DNA of 63,843 nt, counting the filler, from Octopus bimaculoides (Eukaryota), in assembly GCF_001194135.2 (NCBI RefSeq). It is 7 parts of 6 records of this genome, joined end to end, with 100 filler letters (N's around TTAATTAATTAA, not from the genome) between each part and the next. Parts side by side here need not be neighbours in the genome. Positions count along the whole stretch, not along the records: positions 14,489 to 30,259 come from NC_068990.1; positions 30,360 to 51,844 come from NC_068985.1; 5 more parts are not named here. One strand, given 5' to 3'. Positions 26,356 to 39,449 of the stretch are shown in pieces. Position 1 is the stretch's first letter, and each line of letters starts with the position of its first letter. A program made the position numbers and the translations under genes. The notes under the pieces are model-generated. The model was not told where the DNA came from. It was given only the letters and a program-made list of their open reading frames with translations, and did not search any database.

Positions 26356-26656
26356 TATATATATACATACATTTATATATATATGTGTGTGTGTGTGTGC
26401 GTGTGGAAGAATATATATATAAATATATGTACTTATAAAGATATACATACATACATACATACATACACACAAAAACATATCAACGTATTTATACAGCTAC
26501 ATATATACACATACATATTCAATATACTTATATGTATGTACATATATATAAATATGCATGCATGAATGTATGTATGTATGTATGTATGTATGTATGTATG
26601 TATGTTTGCATGTATGTATGTATGTATGTATGGATATATAAATATTTATGTATAGA

Positions 26657-26823
26657 CAGGAGTGCCGGTGTGTGGTAAGAAATTTGTTTCTGAACCACAT
26701 AGCTCCAGGTTTCCGGGTTCAGTCGCACTCCATGGCACCTCGGGCAAGTGTCTTTTACTGCGGCCTCGGGCCGACCAAATCCTTCTGAGTGATTTTGGCA
26801 GACGAAACTGAAAAGAGCCAGAC
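26657..26823 (+). mobile_element. SINE family A, 5' half
   Basis: CAGGAGTG..TGTGTGGTAAGAAATTTGTTTC..GGGTTCAGTCGCACT..GGGCAAGTGTC..CTCGGGCCGACCAAA. Confidence 0.85.
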
Positions 26824-27633
26824 ATGCATATGTATGGTGTGTGTGTGTGGGGGGGGGGCGTGTCTATGTCTATGTCTGTGTGTGCGTGTACGTAGGTGTG
26901 CGGTGTGTNNNNNNNNNNNNNNNNNNNNNNNNNNNNNNNNNNNNNNNNNNNNNNNNNNNNNNNNNNNNNNNNNNNNNNNNNNNNNNNNNNNNNNNNNNNN
27001 NNNNNNNNNNNNNNNNNNNNNNNNNNNNNNNNNNNNNNNNNNNNNNNNNNNNNNNNNNNNNNNNNNNNNNNNNNNNNNNNNNNNNNNNNNNNNNNNNNNN
27101 NNNNNNNNNNNNNNNNNNNNNNNNNNNNNNNNNNNNNNNNNNNNNNNNNNNNNNNNNNNNNNNNNNNNNNNNNNNNNNNNNNNNNNNNNNNNNNNNNNNN
27201 NNNNNNNNNNNNNNNNNNNNNNNNNNNNNNNNNNNNNNNNNNNNNNNNNNNNNNNNNNNNNNNNNNNNNNNNNNNNNNNNNNNNNNNNNNNNNNNNNNNN
27301 NNNNNNNNNNNNNNNNNNNNNNNNNNNNNNNNNNNNNNNNNNNNNNNNNNNNNNNNNNNNNNNNNNNNNNNNNNNNNNNNNNNNNNNNNNNNNNNNNNNN
27401 NNNNNNNNNNNNNNNNNNNNNNNNNNNNNNNNNNNNNNNNNNNNNNNNNNNNNNNNNNNNNNNNNNNNNNNNNNNNNNNNNNNNNNNNNNNNNNNNNNNN
27501 NNNNNNNNNNNNNNNNNNNNNNNNNNNNNNNNNNNNNNNNNNNNNNNNNNNNNNNNNNNNNNNNNNNNNNNNNNNNNNNNNNNNNNNNNNNNNNNNNNNN
27601 NNNNNNNNNNNNNNNNNNNNNNNNNNNNNNNNN

Positions 27634-27684
<51 letters not shown>

Positions 27685-28102
27685 TACATACATACATTTA
27701 TATATATATATATATTTGTATATTTATATTCATTTATATTCATATATATGTGTGTGTGTGTATGTGTGTATGTATATATATATATATATAATGCATGCAA
27801 GTTTTATATGCATTCGTGCAGGTATTTACCTGTGTGTACGTGTATGTGTGTGTATGTGTGTGTGCGTGTGTGCGTGTGCGTGCGCGTGCGTGTGCAGATT
27901 TGTATCCACGGGTGGTGTGTCTTCAAAGCATCTTGTTTTTGAGAAACGTTGCATATCGGTTACATGATAACACTAAGTTTAATGAATTAATGTTGAAATA
28001 TATACGTGCACAAATATATACACAAATTCAAATACATATATCTATGTATATGTAAATATATTTATAAAGCTGCATCTATAATTTCGTATACACATACATG
28101 CT

Positions 28103-28182
<80 letters not shown>

Positions 28183-29201
28183 NNNNNNNNNNNNNNNNNN
28201 NNNNNNNNNNNNNNNNNNNNNNNNNNNNNNNNNNNNNNNNNNNNNNNNNNNNNNNNNNNNNNNNNNNNNNNNNNNNNNNNNNNNNNNNNNNNNNNNNNNN
28301 NNNNNNNNNNNNNNNNNNNNNNNNNNNNNNNNNNNNNNNNNNNNNNNNNNNNNNNNNNNNNNNNNNNNNNNNNNNNNNNNNNNNNNNNNNNNNNNNNNNN
28401 NNNNNNNNNNNNNNNNNNNNNNNNNNNNNNNNNNNNNNNNNNNNNNNNNNNNNNNNNNNNNNNNNNNNNNNNNNNNNNNNNNNNNNNNNNNNNNNNNNNN
28501 NNNNNNNNNNNNNNNNNNNNNNNNNNNNNNNNNNNNNNNNNNNNNNNNNNNNNNNNNNNNNNNNNNNNNNNNNNNNNNNNNNNNNNNNNNNNNNNNNNNN
28601 NNNNNNNNNNNNNNNNNNNNNNNNNNNNNNNNNNNNNNNNNNNNNNNNNNNNNNNNNNNNNNNNNNNNNNNNNNNNNNNNNNNNNNNNNNNNNNNNNNNN
28701 NNNNNNNNNNNNNNNNNNNNNNNNNNNNNNNNNNNNNNNNNNNNNNNNNNNNNNNNNNNNNNNNNNNNNNNNNNNNNNNNNNNNNNNNNNNNNNNNNNNN
28801 NNNNNNNNNNNNNNNNNNNNNNNNNNNNNNNNNNNNNNNNNNNNNNNNNNNNNNNNNNNNNNNNNNNNNNNNNNNNNNNNNNNNNNNNNNNNNNNNNNNN
28901 NNNNNNNNNNNNNNNNNNNNNNNNNNNNNNNNNNNNNNNNNNNNNNNNNNNNNNNNNNNNNNNNNNNNNNNNNNNNNNNNNNNNNNNNNNNNNNNNNNNN
29001 NNNNNNNNNNNNNNNNNNNNNNNNNNNNNNNNNNNNNNNNNNNNNNNNNNNNNNNNNNNNNNNNNNNNNNNNNNNNNNNNNNNNNNNNNNNNNNNNNNNN
29101 NNNNNNNNNNNNNNNNNNNNNNNNTATATATATATATATATATACATAGAAACGTACATACATACCTACATACATACAGCAATGCAGGCAGTCAGACACG
29201 C

Positions 29202-29249
<48 letters not shown>

Positions 29250-29409
29250 GTATTTCATTAAGATGGATACGGTCGAAACGACTTCGATGATTCTCCAGAG
29301 TTAGCCTACATCGGACTTTCAGATAGAGGCTCAGCTGACCGAAACTTCGAAGTCACTTTCAACATTATTCATTGTAATAAATATTACACGTGCATGAATA
29401 TCGTCGAGA

Positions 29410-29682
29410 AAGCGTTGTGATGCATCTGGTAGACGGAAACTGAACAGAAGCCCGTCGCATGTGTGTGTCTCCCCGTTTGTGTGCGTGTGTACGTTTGTGT
29501 GTGTTTGTGCTCCACCACCACTTGACAGCATGTGTTGCTTTGTTTACGTTCCCGTAACTGAGCGGTTCGGCAAAAGTGTGGGATGAAATATGTACCAAGC
29601 TTTAAAAAGAAAATATACTCGACTAACTCTTTGAGTTGGTGCCCCAGCATAGCCGCAGTCTAATGACTAAAACAATAAAAAG
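29410..29682 (+). mobile_element. SINE family A, central and 3' part
   Basis: GGTAGACGGAAACTGAACAGAAGCCCGTCG..TTTACGTTCCCGTAACTGAGCGGTTCGGCAAAAG..CCCCAGCATAGCCGCAGTC. Confidence 0.8.
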
Positions 29683-29756
29683 AGAAAAAAGGAAAGATGT
29701 GTGTAAGTTTGTATGCATGTATGTGTGTATGAAACAGTTATATATATATATATATA

Positions 29757-29787
<31 letters not shown>

Positions 29788-30220
29788 ANNNNNNNNNNTT
29801 GTGTGTGTGTTTGTGTGAGTGTGCCTGTGCGTATGTGTGTGTGATCGTGTGTCCAGTCACGCGTGTGCTTGTGCATGAACGTATGTAACTTTATAGATGT
29901 GCGTATAAGAACGTTTGAGATACGGAGGTACATACAGTTTAAAAAAAGAAACATCAGAATTATATAGTGAGAGATAGGTGAATATGTATATTAAATATTG
30001 TATAGTATATACATGCAATATTATTATATAGTATACACATGTAAACACAGAAATATTAGACTAATAACTCGTTTCATGTGTGCGTATCTATATATATGTA
30101 TGTGTGGATGTATATATATATCTGGGGGGTGACTGGTTCTGTGTGTGAGCGTATGTGTGTAATTATATATATTCATGTTTCTATTATATATATATATATA
30201 CATGCATATACACATACATG

Positions 30221-30259
<39 letters not shown>

Positions 30260-30686
30260 NNNNNNNNNNNNNNNNNNNNNNNNNNNNNNNNNNNNNNNNN
30301 NNNTTAATTAATTAANNNNNNNNNNNNNNNNNNNNNNNNNNNNNNNNNNNNNNNNNNNNTATATATATATATATATATATATGCACACATACATGTGTGT
30401 ACATAGACACACGTATAAACAAGAAACATGAGCACACACACGCACTCATACACGCCTATATCTCCAGTCTCTGTTCAAACAGCAGGCGGTTTAGTTTTCG
30501 TTAAATGTGCGTGTATTTTGTTATATATAGTCTTTATGAAGTTTTTATATACTGTTTTATATATCCTGTTTTCCCATCAATCATCCTTAGTGGAGAGAAA
30601 ATGAATCAAACAAACAAAAGTTGTAAGCTTTCACCAACACTCTAAATGTGAACAAACCGTGATATTCCATAATATCATCTTCGTAA

Positions 30687-30736
<50 letters not shown>

Positions 30737-30777
30737 CTAACAGCAATAATAATAGTGATAATGGTAATAATAATAAA

Positions 30778-30867
<90 letters not shown>

Positions 30868-31889
30868 CATAACAACAACAGTAACTACGACAATAACAAC
30901 AATAATAGTATTTGTGTAAAAAGAACAAACGATATTCAAAATTAGAGAAGAGCTCACTGATGCTTAAACTGTACTTTTCCAATTTTTCTAAAGGTTTGTT
31001 ACATTGAGTAAATCTTCAATGTGTGCTAAGAACAAGAAGGAACTGTTTTATCGAGACGTCAAATATGAACATCGAATACATAAATAAATATATAAAAAAT
31101 TCAAGTGTGAGGACAAAATGGACGAGGAAGTGAATTTAACATTATAATGAAGAGATGCCATCTAGAAGTGACTGGCTGCATCTACATGTATGTGAATTAA
31201 AAAGCGAAGGTCATAAATAAAAGAATCCGGCATCGAATGAATGTTTGAGTTCCATTACAACATATCTAGATCTAGTCACCCATCGGTATCACTTTGAAAT
31301 GTACTAATACACAGACACAGCCATAAAGTCTCTTTAATTCATTCTCTCTCTCTCTCTCTCTCTCACTTTTTTTTACACACTCTTACAATATATGTATTTA
31401 TGTTTCTGTATATGTATGTATTATGGGCTCTTGAGTGCTACTGTCTGGTCACTGTTGAGTGATACTGGTTAGATGTAATCCAGTACTGACTGTTGCAGGG
31501 TCGGGTCGTCGGCGATATATATATATATATATANNNNNNNNNNNNNNNNNNNNNNNNNNNNNNNNNNNNNNNNNNNNNNNNNNNNNNNNNNNNNNNNNNN
31601 NNNNNNNNNNNNNNNNNNNNNNNNNNNNNNNNNNNNNNNNNNNNNNNNNNNNNNNNNNNNNNNNNNNNNNNNNNNNNNNNNNNNNNNNNNNNNNNNNNNN
31701 NNNNNNNNNNNNNNNNNNNNNNNNNNNNNNNNNNNNNNNNNNNNNNNNNNNNNNNNNNNNNNNNNNNNNNNNNNNNNNNNNNNNNNNNNNNNNNATCTCT
31801 TGTTTTTTCTAAATTACATATCCTTTTCTTTTTTATGTATGTACATGTGTATGAACTGCTCTGCGTCGGGCACCGAAATGATATTTAAT

Positions 31890-33320
31890 CAATCTATGGG
31901 GCGTTTGGGTGTCGGTTTGGGGTCTGGCACGGGATAGCCAACCTCATGGGTATGTAAAAGTTCTTTAATATTGGTTGCTAATCTACCTAGGAGAAGGACA
32001 TCTCCAAAATAAAGCCTGTGGCTCTGAAATTTCCCGGGTTTGTCAATTCTCCTGTGACAATGCCCAATAGGTGGGAGTAGTGCTGTGAAAGATGCACCCA
32101 CTGAACATTTTTCATCTGCTCAGTTTCTACTTGTACACCAAATCTTAGTAAAAGCATTGAATTGGTTGGCGCAAACCTAAAAATGCACTTTGCACCTTAC
32201 TCTGAAATGTTCCAAACAGATTCAGTAAATGGCAAAAAAGGCTTGGGAACGCCAGGGGAAGAGTTCTGGCTCGGCAGGTGTCCAAGAAGAAGAAAAAAAC
32301 ATACATACTCTGAATTTTGGCTGTTAGAATGCGCACACTACTAGATAATAATTTCAACAAGCGGCCAGAAAGGTGTACTGGACTTATTGCATGTGAGCTT
32401 AAAAGATAATCCCTTGATATATTTGCGCTATCTGAAACTCGTCTCTCTGTTGAGGGTCAAATGAATGAACCTACTTATGGATATACTATCTTCTGGAGGG
32501 GCTTACATGAGGGTCAGCGCAGAGAATCTAGTGTTGGTTTTGCTCTCAAGAATGCATTAGTATCCTTCATTGCAGAATTTCCAAGTGGTATATCTGAACG
32601 TACCATGTCATGCCGTATAAAATTGACAAAAGGTAGGTTTCCTACCGTTATCAGTATTTATGCACCAACAATGTCTCATTCTGATGAAATTGTAGGATGC
32701 TTTTATGATGATCTACTACAATAATTGAGGAAAGTACAAATTTCTGACTAGCTGGTCATAATGGAAGATTTCAACGCAAGACTTGGAGAAGGCTATGAAA
32801 TATAGCCTGTTGTAGGCCGATATGGCGTTGGAAAATGTAATAAAACTGGAGTAGCTTTTTTGACGTTGTGTACTGAGGATAATCTGGTTGTTACCAACAC
32901 CCGGTTTAAGCAGAAAAACAAATATATAACCAGCTGGATGTACTCCAAGATCAAAAGACCAGTATCTCGTACATTATATTTTGATCAGAAAGCAGGATAA
33001 GAAAGATGCTTCTAGAGTTTGGGCCATGAGAGGAGCAGAGAGCTGAACCGACCATCGACTAGTACGTAGAAAAATGAATTTTTCGATAATGCCTAAAAGT
33101 AGACAGTGTGGTCTTAAGCTACCGAAAAAATTAAATTTAACAAACTTCAAATTACCAAGCAACTTGCAAAGATTCCACAATGCTATAGAAAGTATCTATC
33201 TTGATCCAAACAATCTATGGGAAGATTACAAAGCGAAAGTACTTCAGGCTGCAAGTTCTTCAGTGGGATTTAAATCACGGCAGTCCAGTGGCTTGTTTCC
33301 AGACAAATCAACAGAGATTC
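31890..33320 (+). mobile_element. RTE-clade LINE, 5' UTR plus AP-endonuclease domain (pseudogenised)
   Basis: RTLLDN..RPERCTGLIACELKR..DIFALSETRLSVEGQ..YTIFWRG..RRESSVGFA..ISERTMSCRI..TVISIYAPTM..FYDDL..VIMEDFNARLG..GRYGVGKCNKTG..LVVTNTRFKQK: RTE/BovB-like APE motifs with several stops. Confidence 0.9.
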
Positions 33321-33789
33321 ATGCCTATTTGCAGAATTATTTTTTCCAAAACAAAATGATAAATTATCGTTCCGAAATTGCACCCACAAAGTTGCAGAAA
33401 CTAACAAACAAACTAGCAAGCCAAACTATGATACAAGCGTTTTTTAACAAAATAAACAGTCAACAACTTTTGGAGAGATTAATTAAAAGGTTAAACTTAC
33501 GTGAATGAAGACACTCATACTTGCAAAACGAATAATAAGAATAATAACAATCTCAGAATTTGGCACTAAGCCAGCACGTCGATACATTAAAGACCAGCAG
33601 TCGAGGGAAGACAACTTCAACAGAAGCCTATAATTCCAAAGGACAGGAACTGTGAGTCGCTGGAAATAGCAGCCCACAAGCACTTATTGATAGAAAGCGT
33701 AGGAAAAATAGTAGACCAATAGAAAGGAGAGTAGCAGAGGCATGTAGCAGGAACAATTTATTACACAGTAAATAATAGGAAAAGAGTAT

Positions 33790-34180
33790 TAAGTCTGTCA
33801 CTGTGCTAGAAATAAAGCATGCCCTTTAAACTCTAGATGTTTGGCGAAGAAACCAGTGTATAGATGCAAGATCACTTCTGGGGAAAGGACGTGCTTCTAT
33901 GTAGGGTCCAGTTCGCTAGATAAAAAAAAGGACCACACACACAAAAACTATATGAATAACTAAAAACACAACAAACAATTAACTGTATTCAGTTCGCTTC
34001 GAGACTAGCTGGTGGACAGAGCATGAATGAAGCTGTACTTAGAATTATACCCGGTTCCAGGTGCAACTGCCCAAACACTCTGCAGTTGAAACATGTGTTG
34101 GTCATAATAACCAATAAAATATACTGTATGAAATTGTAAAATATTTCCCACTGTGACCAATATCAAAGACAAGAATTCTT
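33790..34180 (+). mobile_element. Neptune-type PLE fragment, same family as 12700-14140, internally deleted
   Basis: NKACPLNSRCLAKKPVYRCKITSGERTCFYVGS (33810-33912), followed by a decayed homolog of the 13982 hammerhead (AGCTGTA..TGCAGTT-GAAA-CATGTG, 34021-34103) and AATAAA. Confidence 0.8.
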
Positions 34181-34380
34181 CAAAATATGTACATCAATAG
34201 AGTGAAATTAAATCTTAATTACTTCAAATTCTTTCCCGCACATCTCTCGGAGTAGCTACTAAACATCCGAATGTTTATAATTTTTTTTCGCAAACTAAGA
34301 GGCAAATTTCAATGAATCAAATTTTGGTGAAAATCCTTCAAGATTGTCACGTATGTAAAGGCAATTCAGAGTGAATGTTT

Positions 34381-34826
34381 TCTTTTATTCTTTTACTTGT
34401 TTCAGTCATTTAAATGCAGCCATGCTGGAGCACTGCTTTAGTCTAACAAATCGACCCCAGGACATATTCTTTGTAAGCCTAGTACTAATCCTGGGCATCA
34501 CTTTTTGCCGAACCGCTAGATAACGTGGACGTAAACACACCAGCATCAGTTGTCAAGCTAGAGGGGGAACAAACAGACACAAATAATAAATAGACACANN
34601 NNNNNNNNNNNNNNNNNNNNNNNNNNNNNNNNNNNNNNNNNNNNNNNNNNNNNNNNNNNNNNNNNNNNNNNNNNNNNNNNNNNNNNNNNNNNNNNNNNNN
34701 NNNNNNNNNNNNNNNNNNNNNNNNNNNNNNNNNNNNNNNNNNNNNNNNNNNNNNNNNNNNNNNNNNNNNNNNNNNNNNNNNNNNNNNNNNNNNNNNNNNN
34801 NNNNNNNNNNNNNNNNNNNNNNNNNN

Positions 34827-34860
<34 letters not shown>

Positions 34861-34955
34861 GACATGCTTTTTTCAGTTTCCGTCTACTAAATCCGCTCAC
34901 ATGGCTTTGGTCAGCTCGAGTCTGTAGTAGAAGACACTTGTCCAGGTTGCCACAG
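34381..34955 (-). mobile_element. SINE family A, near full length, internal microsatellite in gap
   Basis: 3' half at 34381-34597 and 5' half at 34860-34955, either side of an N gap bordered by CA/TA repeats. Confidence 0.85.
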
Positions 34956-36204
34956 AGAAAATAGATGAGGTTGCACTCAATTACCACTTACAGAGGGGGC
35001 AATATCTATCCGCTTTAGTAAAATAAAAGATGCACAAAAGTTAACTTGTGTTGTTAATTTAATTCTTTCATAAGTATATTCAGTGTTGATAGGATTCATG
35101 TGAGAATTAAGATTGGTGATGAATATGTGAATGAATATTTGTTCAAATATGATAATGTAACTAAATTTATGTTTCTTTCAGTTTTATGTACGAGTATATT
35201 CTATGTACTCTTCTTGATGAATATTTTATTTCAAAATAGATTTATTTAGACATCTCCTGTGGGGCAGACACAACTAATATGAATAAATTAAATGAGGTAG
35301 ATTGCTGCAGAGATACTTTTCTTTGGTTGATACTGCATTCATTTCAAAGACAATTATACAACTAACGATAAACAAATATCAATTGTTGTCTTGGGCTGAT
35401 ATACATTTTTTTCTATTTATGCACTCGACACGTAAATATGAGTCCTGATGACGACAAACAGACATTATTTTTAGAAATATTTCGCTGAAAAACATAATGC
35501 TATAAAANNNNNNNNNNGTGTGTGTGTCTGTGCCTGTCTGTGTGTTTGTGTGTGTGTGTGTATGCGTATTCATATATATGAATACATGAACATTATATCT
35601 TTATATCTAAAACACGAAAAGAAACTTTTTTTTTTTTTTTAGTAAATAATTATGTTCATAATTTGTGGCCAATTTTCGTATTAGTAGAATTTCCAGTCGA
35701 CTGCAGGGTGTTGACCAGCCTAGAATATAGCTATAAAGAGCCATGAATTGTTCTTAATGAAGCCATATTCGGTATATGAAAACTATGTTGGCTTCGTCGC
35801 GGAAAACTTTTACGTACGAAATGAAATGATTTTGTACCACGTTAACAATCCTTGTGTCAAATGCACTGAACTTTCGATGCGGGATCTATCTACGTAGTAT
35901 TTTTTAATACTGAATTATGCAAACGTATAATTCATTCATGTATATTAAATAAGGTAGAGATATTAAAACGTGGTATGACTTATTTTCTGTATTCTTTTAT
36001 CTGTAAAATGTATTACAATAAAGAGCGTAGGTAGATAAGGATGTTTGGGAATATATTAATCGAAAAACACTTCTGTAAAAGGGATTGCCAGGTGCAATAC
36101 TTACAAGAAGAAAACTGTAACGACCGTGCGACCAGGAGGAATGGCTCCTTAAGCACATCGCACGTTCGATACAAAGAAAAATTTGAAAAGAGGATGAGGA
36201 TAAG

Positions 36205-36907
36205 TGCAGCTTGTTTCCTCGAAAGTTTCTGAACCCACGATGAGCGTTAGATTCATTGCTTTGAGAAAAGACAAAGAAAAAACTCATGCAGTAAGACTAC
36301 ACCATCTCAGCTTCTCCAAAAAAGGCCCAGGTAATTTCATCTGCATGGAAGGTGATAGCCTCAGTATTGGGGGATACAATAGACGTTGTGTTTATTCACT
36401 ATATTGAAAAAGGCCACAGATCAATGGAGATTACTATGCCAACAAACTGTGGCAGTTACGAAAGGGTATCAAGCACAAATGCCCAGGAACAGTAACGAAA
36501 AGTGCCTTGTTTCAGCAGGACAATACTCCAGTAACAAAGTAATTGCCTCTTGGTCCTTGGGTTTCACTGCCTGTTGTGCGTGACTGAGGCTCTGAATTTG
36601 TTGATTACCCTCCTTATTCTCCTGTTTTGGTCCTAACTGAGTATAATCATTTTCCCAACAAGAAAAAATGACTTGACTGAAGGCCAGTATTGCAGTGAGC
36701 ACGATCTCATATATGCTGCTGTTGGCCTTTTTAACCAACAAGATGAAAGCGTCTTCACTAATGAGATCCAATTACTACAACACAGATGGTAGAAGTATGT
36801 AGACTGTAAAGGGGAGTATGTTGAAAATAAACCGCATTTGGTCACATTCCAATACATTCCATGGGATTATCTTAGTCGGCCTATGAACCTTTCGGTCGAT
36901 CCTCGTA
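36205..36907 (+). mobile_element. Mariner (DD34D) transposase remnant with 3' TIR
   Basis: FLESF*THDER*IHCFE / PKKAQVISSAWKVIASV / INGDYYANKLWQLRKGIKHKCPG..LFQQDNTP / DYPPYSPVL..HFP / LQHRW*KYVDCKGEYVE; ends ..CCTTTCGGTCGATCCTCGTA with a terminal TA. Confidence 0.9.
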
Positions 36908-38939
36908 ATTGTCTGAGCTCACCTTTTTAGATGTATTTTAATGCATCTCAGTTATACTGCATCTTAGTAAACACGTCCACTGCATATTGTGGGAGACTGC
37001 AGGAGACTTTCATGAAGATCATTGAGTTGATTACATAGAACAAATAAGAAGCATAGAAGGCCAACACAGTTGAAACATTTGCATTGATCTGTGCTATGTC
37101 TAATTAATATCCAGTTTCACCATTGATAGAAAGAAAGTATATTGCAACATAATATAGAATCTGTTTCCCGTTAGACCTTTGACTGCATTCACTTTGCATT
37201 TGAGAATGGTATTTTTTGTGACATCGTTCATTATTCACAGCAATTGTATCCCCAGTGATGGTAGTCGATAGGGAGGAGAACATGTTTTCGAGGGTGCCTT
37301 TAACTGCTAAGGTTAAACACGAATGAGTGTTTAGACTTCAAGGTATACGCTAAAGTTATGATATTGCTATTTATTTGCAAGGATTACTTTTTGAATTATA
37401 GAATAAAGTTAAAACGCAGAGCAGTAATAGGTGATGTTTCTATTTAGATAACCAAGAAACTATAGGTGTAGCAATCTAATCCCTTCATTAAGGATGGATT
37501 AAATTGATCCATTATTGTGGACGATTGACTTCTTACTTGAAAAGTTTGAATCCCTTGTTCCTAATGATGTGATGATGCTGGCTTCAGTCGAAAGCAGTGT
37601 TGTACTATTTTATGTTCTGCACAGTTTGTATATATTTTCTAGCGTTGGCATATTCAAGCGGTTTTAAGGTTCGTGTTGAACGGCTGTATGTTTCTTGCTG
37701 TATTAGATTGAAATCGTTGTTAATCCGACTTATCTTTGTCCCTTTTACTAAAAGTAGCTTTACATTTTGTCACAGAATAACTTCTGTGGAACGTCATTTC
37801 CATGCCATATTTGATGGAAATAACATCAAGAAAAGAATTAAGTTAATGAGTAACTAAAGAAATGCAAAATTCAATAGAATAGAATTTATAAAAAGAAAAA
37901 AAATGCAAATATTTTAAGTGACTGCTGGAATGGAAATGTAAACAGGGAGGATAATTGAGATGTGGAAAAAATTAACTGAAGGAAGGAATTCGTACAAGAA
38001 AAAAAAAACACTCCCCGTTAAAAACAAAAATAGAAAAAAAGTAACAAATTGTAGTAATAAATTGTACAACCTTTCCCTGTTGGATCGAAAATACCTTGAG
38101 AATAATCACCTTGCGTACAAAACGTTATTTTCTTTAAAAATAAAGCTTTTCGCTTTTCTGAAATCCTGATTCGATATTGCCTTTAACTGGATTGTTAATA
38201 ACTGTGGTGTAAAACTGTTGGCAGTTTACATAAAAGTATGCTGATCAGGAAGCGTGTGTGTGTGCGTATATGACTGTGTGTGTGGATGAGCTTGCGAGAT
38301 AGATAGAGAGAGAGAGAGGAGGAGAGAGGGAGAGAGAGAGAGAGAGAGGAAGAGAGAGAGAGAGAATGTGGGTTCGGTGGTGCTGAGATTTAAAAAACTC
38401 ATTTAAAGTTGTAAAAATTATAATAGAAATGTATTGATGATGTATTTAAGTGAATGGTTTGTGACTAAACTTAATTCCATTCATGATTGCAATCAATAGG
38501 TTTAAATGACTCTATTAGAGTATTAGAGGAAGGTTAGTGTTGAGGATTTGCTTTCTACTAGTTTGAACAACAGGCCTTTAATGATAGCTCTAGAATTTTG
38601 TGCAGCCCAAAAATTACTTCAATGCACCATGTATTTTTATATACATGTTAATTGCTGAAATTTACATTTCCAGTTTTTCTTTTGAATGCTATTTCAATAG
38701 ATTTTGTGTGTTCCTAAATGAGCACAGGTCTTAGCCTAGCACTAAATAACATTCTGAATGAGATACATATAGTTCTGCCAGATTTGTCTGCAGCACAATC
38801 TTCAACAATTTTTCCTCGGAAATTTGATATCTCAATTTATTTCGAAAGATAGCCTTTTTATTGCAATATGTTGTACTGCATTAAACTCTTTCCAGTCAAC
38901 TTCGGCAACAGAATCTCTCTCTCTCTCCCTCTCTTTCTC

Positions 38940-38981
<42 letters not shown>

Positions 38982-39021
38982 NNNNNNNNNNNNNNNNNNN
39001 NNNNNNNNNNNNNNNNNNNNN

Positions 39022-39068
<47 letters not shown>

Positions 39069-39393
39069 TCTCTCACTCGCAAATACCTGGGTATTAATTA
39101 CCTCAACACAAATTCTTGAGTTATTAAAATTTTCCCCAGCTTCAGAGAAGGTAAACATTAATCTAAATGCCAACCGGGAAAGTCACGAAGTGAGTAAGTG
39201 AGATAATCTCAAGTATCTAGAATTATATAAAATTGTCATACTGTTGACGAAGAGAAATCACTCTATACGATACCTGATGTTAATGAAAGCTATAGATTAT
39301 GCCAGAATTTCTGTTAACGATAGTTATATTCGTACTATATTTTACTAAATGATTGGATGATTTATATTTAGTTTGTTTTATTATTAATTTCAG

Positions 39394-39449
39394 ATGCCAC
39401 TGGGAATTACCATTGGAAAATAATTTCATGTCAGCTATATAATAATAAG
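39394..39449 (+). other. Candidate 56-nt exon on plus strand
   Basis: TTTGTTTTATTATTAATTTCAG| ... AAG|GTAAGA; one open frame (xATGNYHWKIISCQLYNNK). No recognisable homology. Confidence 0.25.

Noticed and set aside
29262-29360. Two GAAAC-containing hairpins (GAAACTTCGAAGTC palindrome) suggestive of hammerheads
   Set aside because: The CUGANGA core is absent or corrupted and no stem I pairing could be formed.
37565-37605. GTGATGA..GTCGAAAGC hammerhead-like string
   Set aside because: C3 is missing and there is no cleavage triplet or stem I.
38832-39139. Possible ACE exon 2: LGKILITQEFVL (39139-39102, AG/GT bounded) and SVAEVDWKEF..IKRL on the minus strand
   Set aside because: Only superficial likeness to human EEAALLSQEF and insect W..F/Y..LKR. 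The two pieces are in different frames, are split by (GA)n and a gap, and the second lacks an acceptor and ends in a stop. A transcript alignment would settle it.
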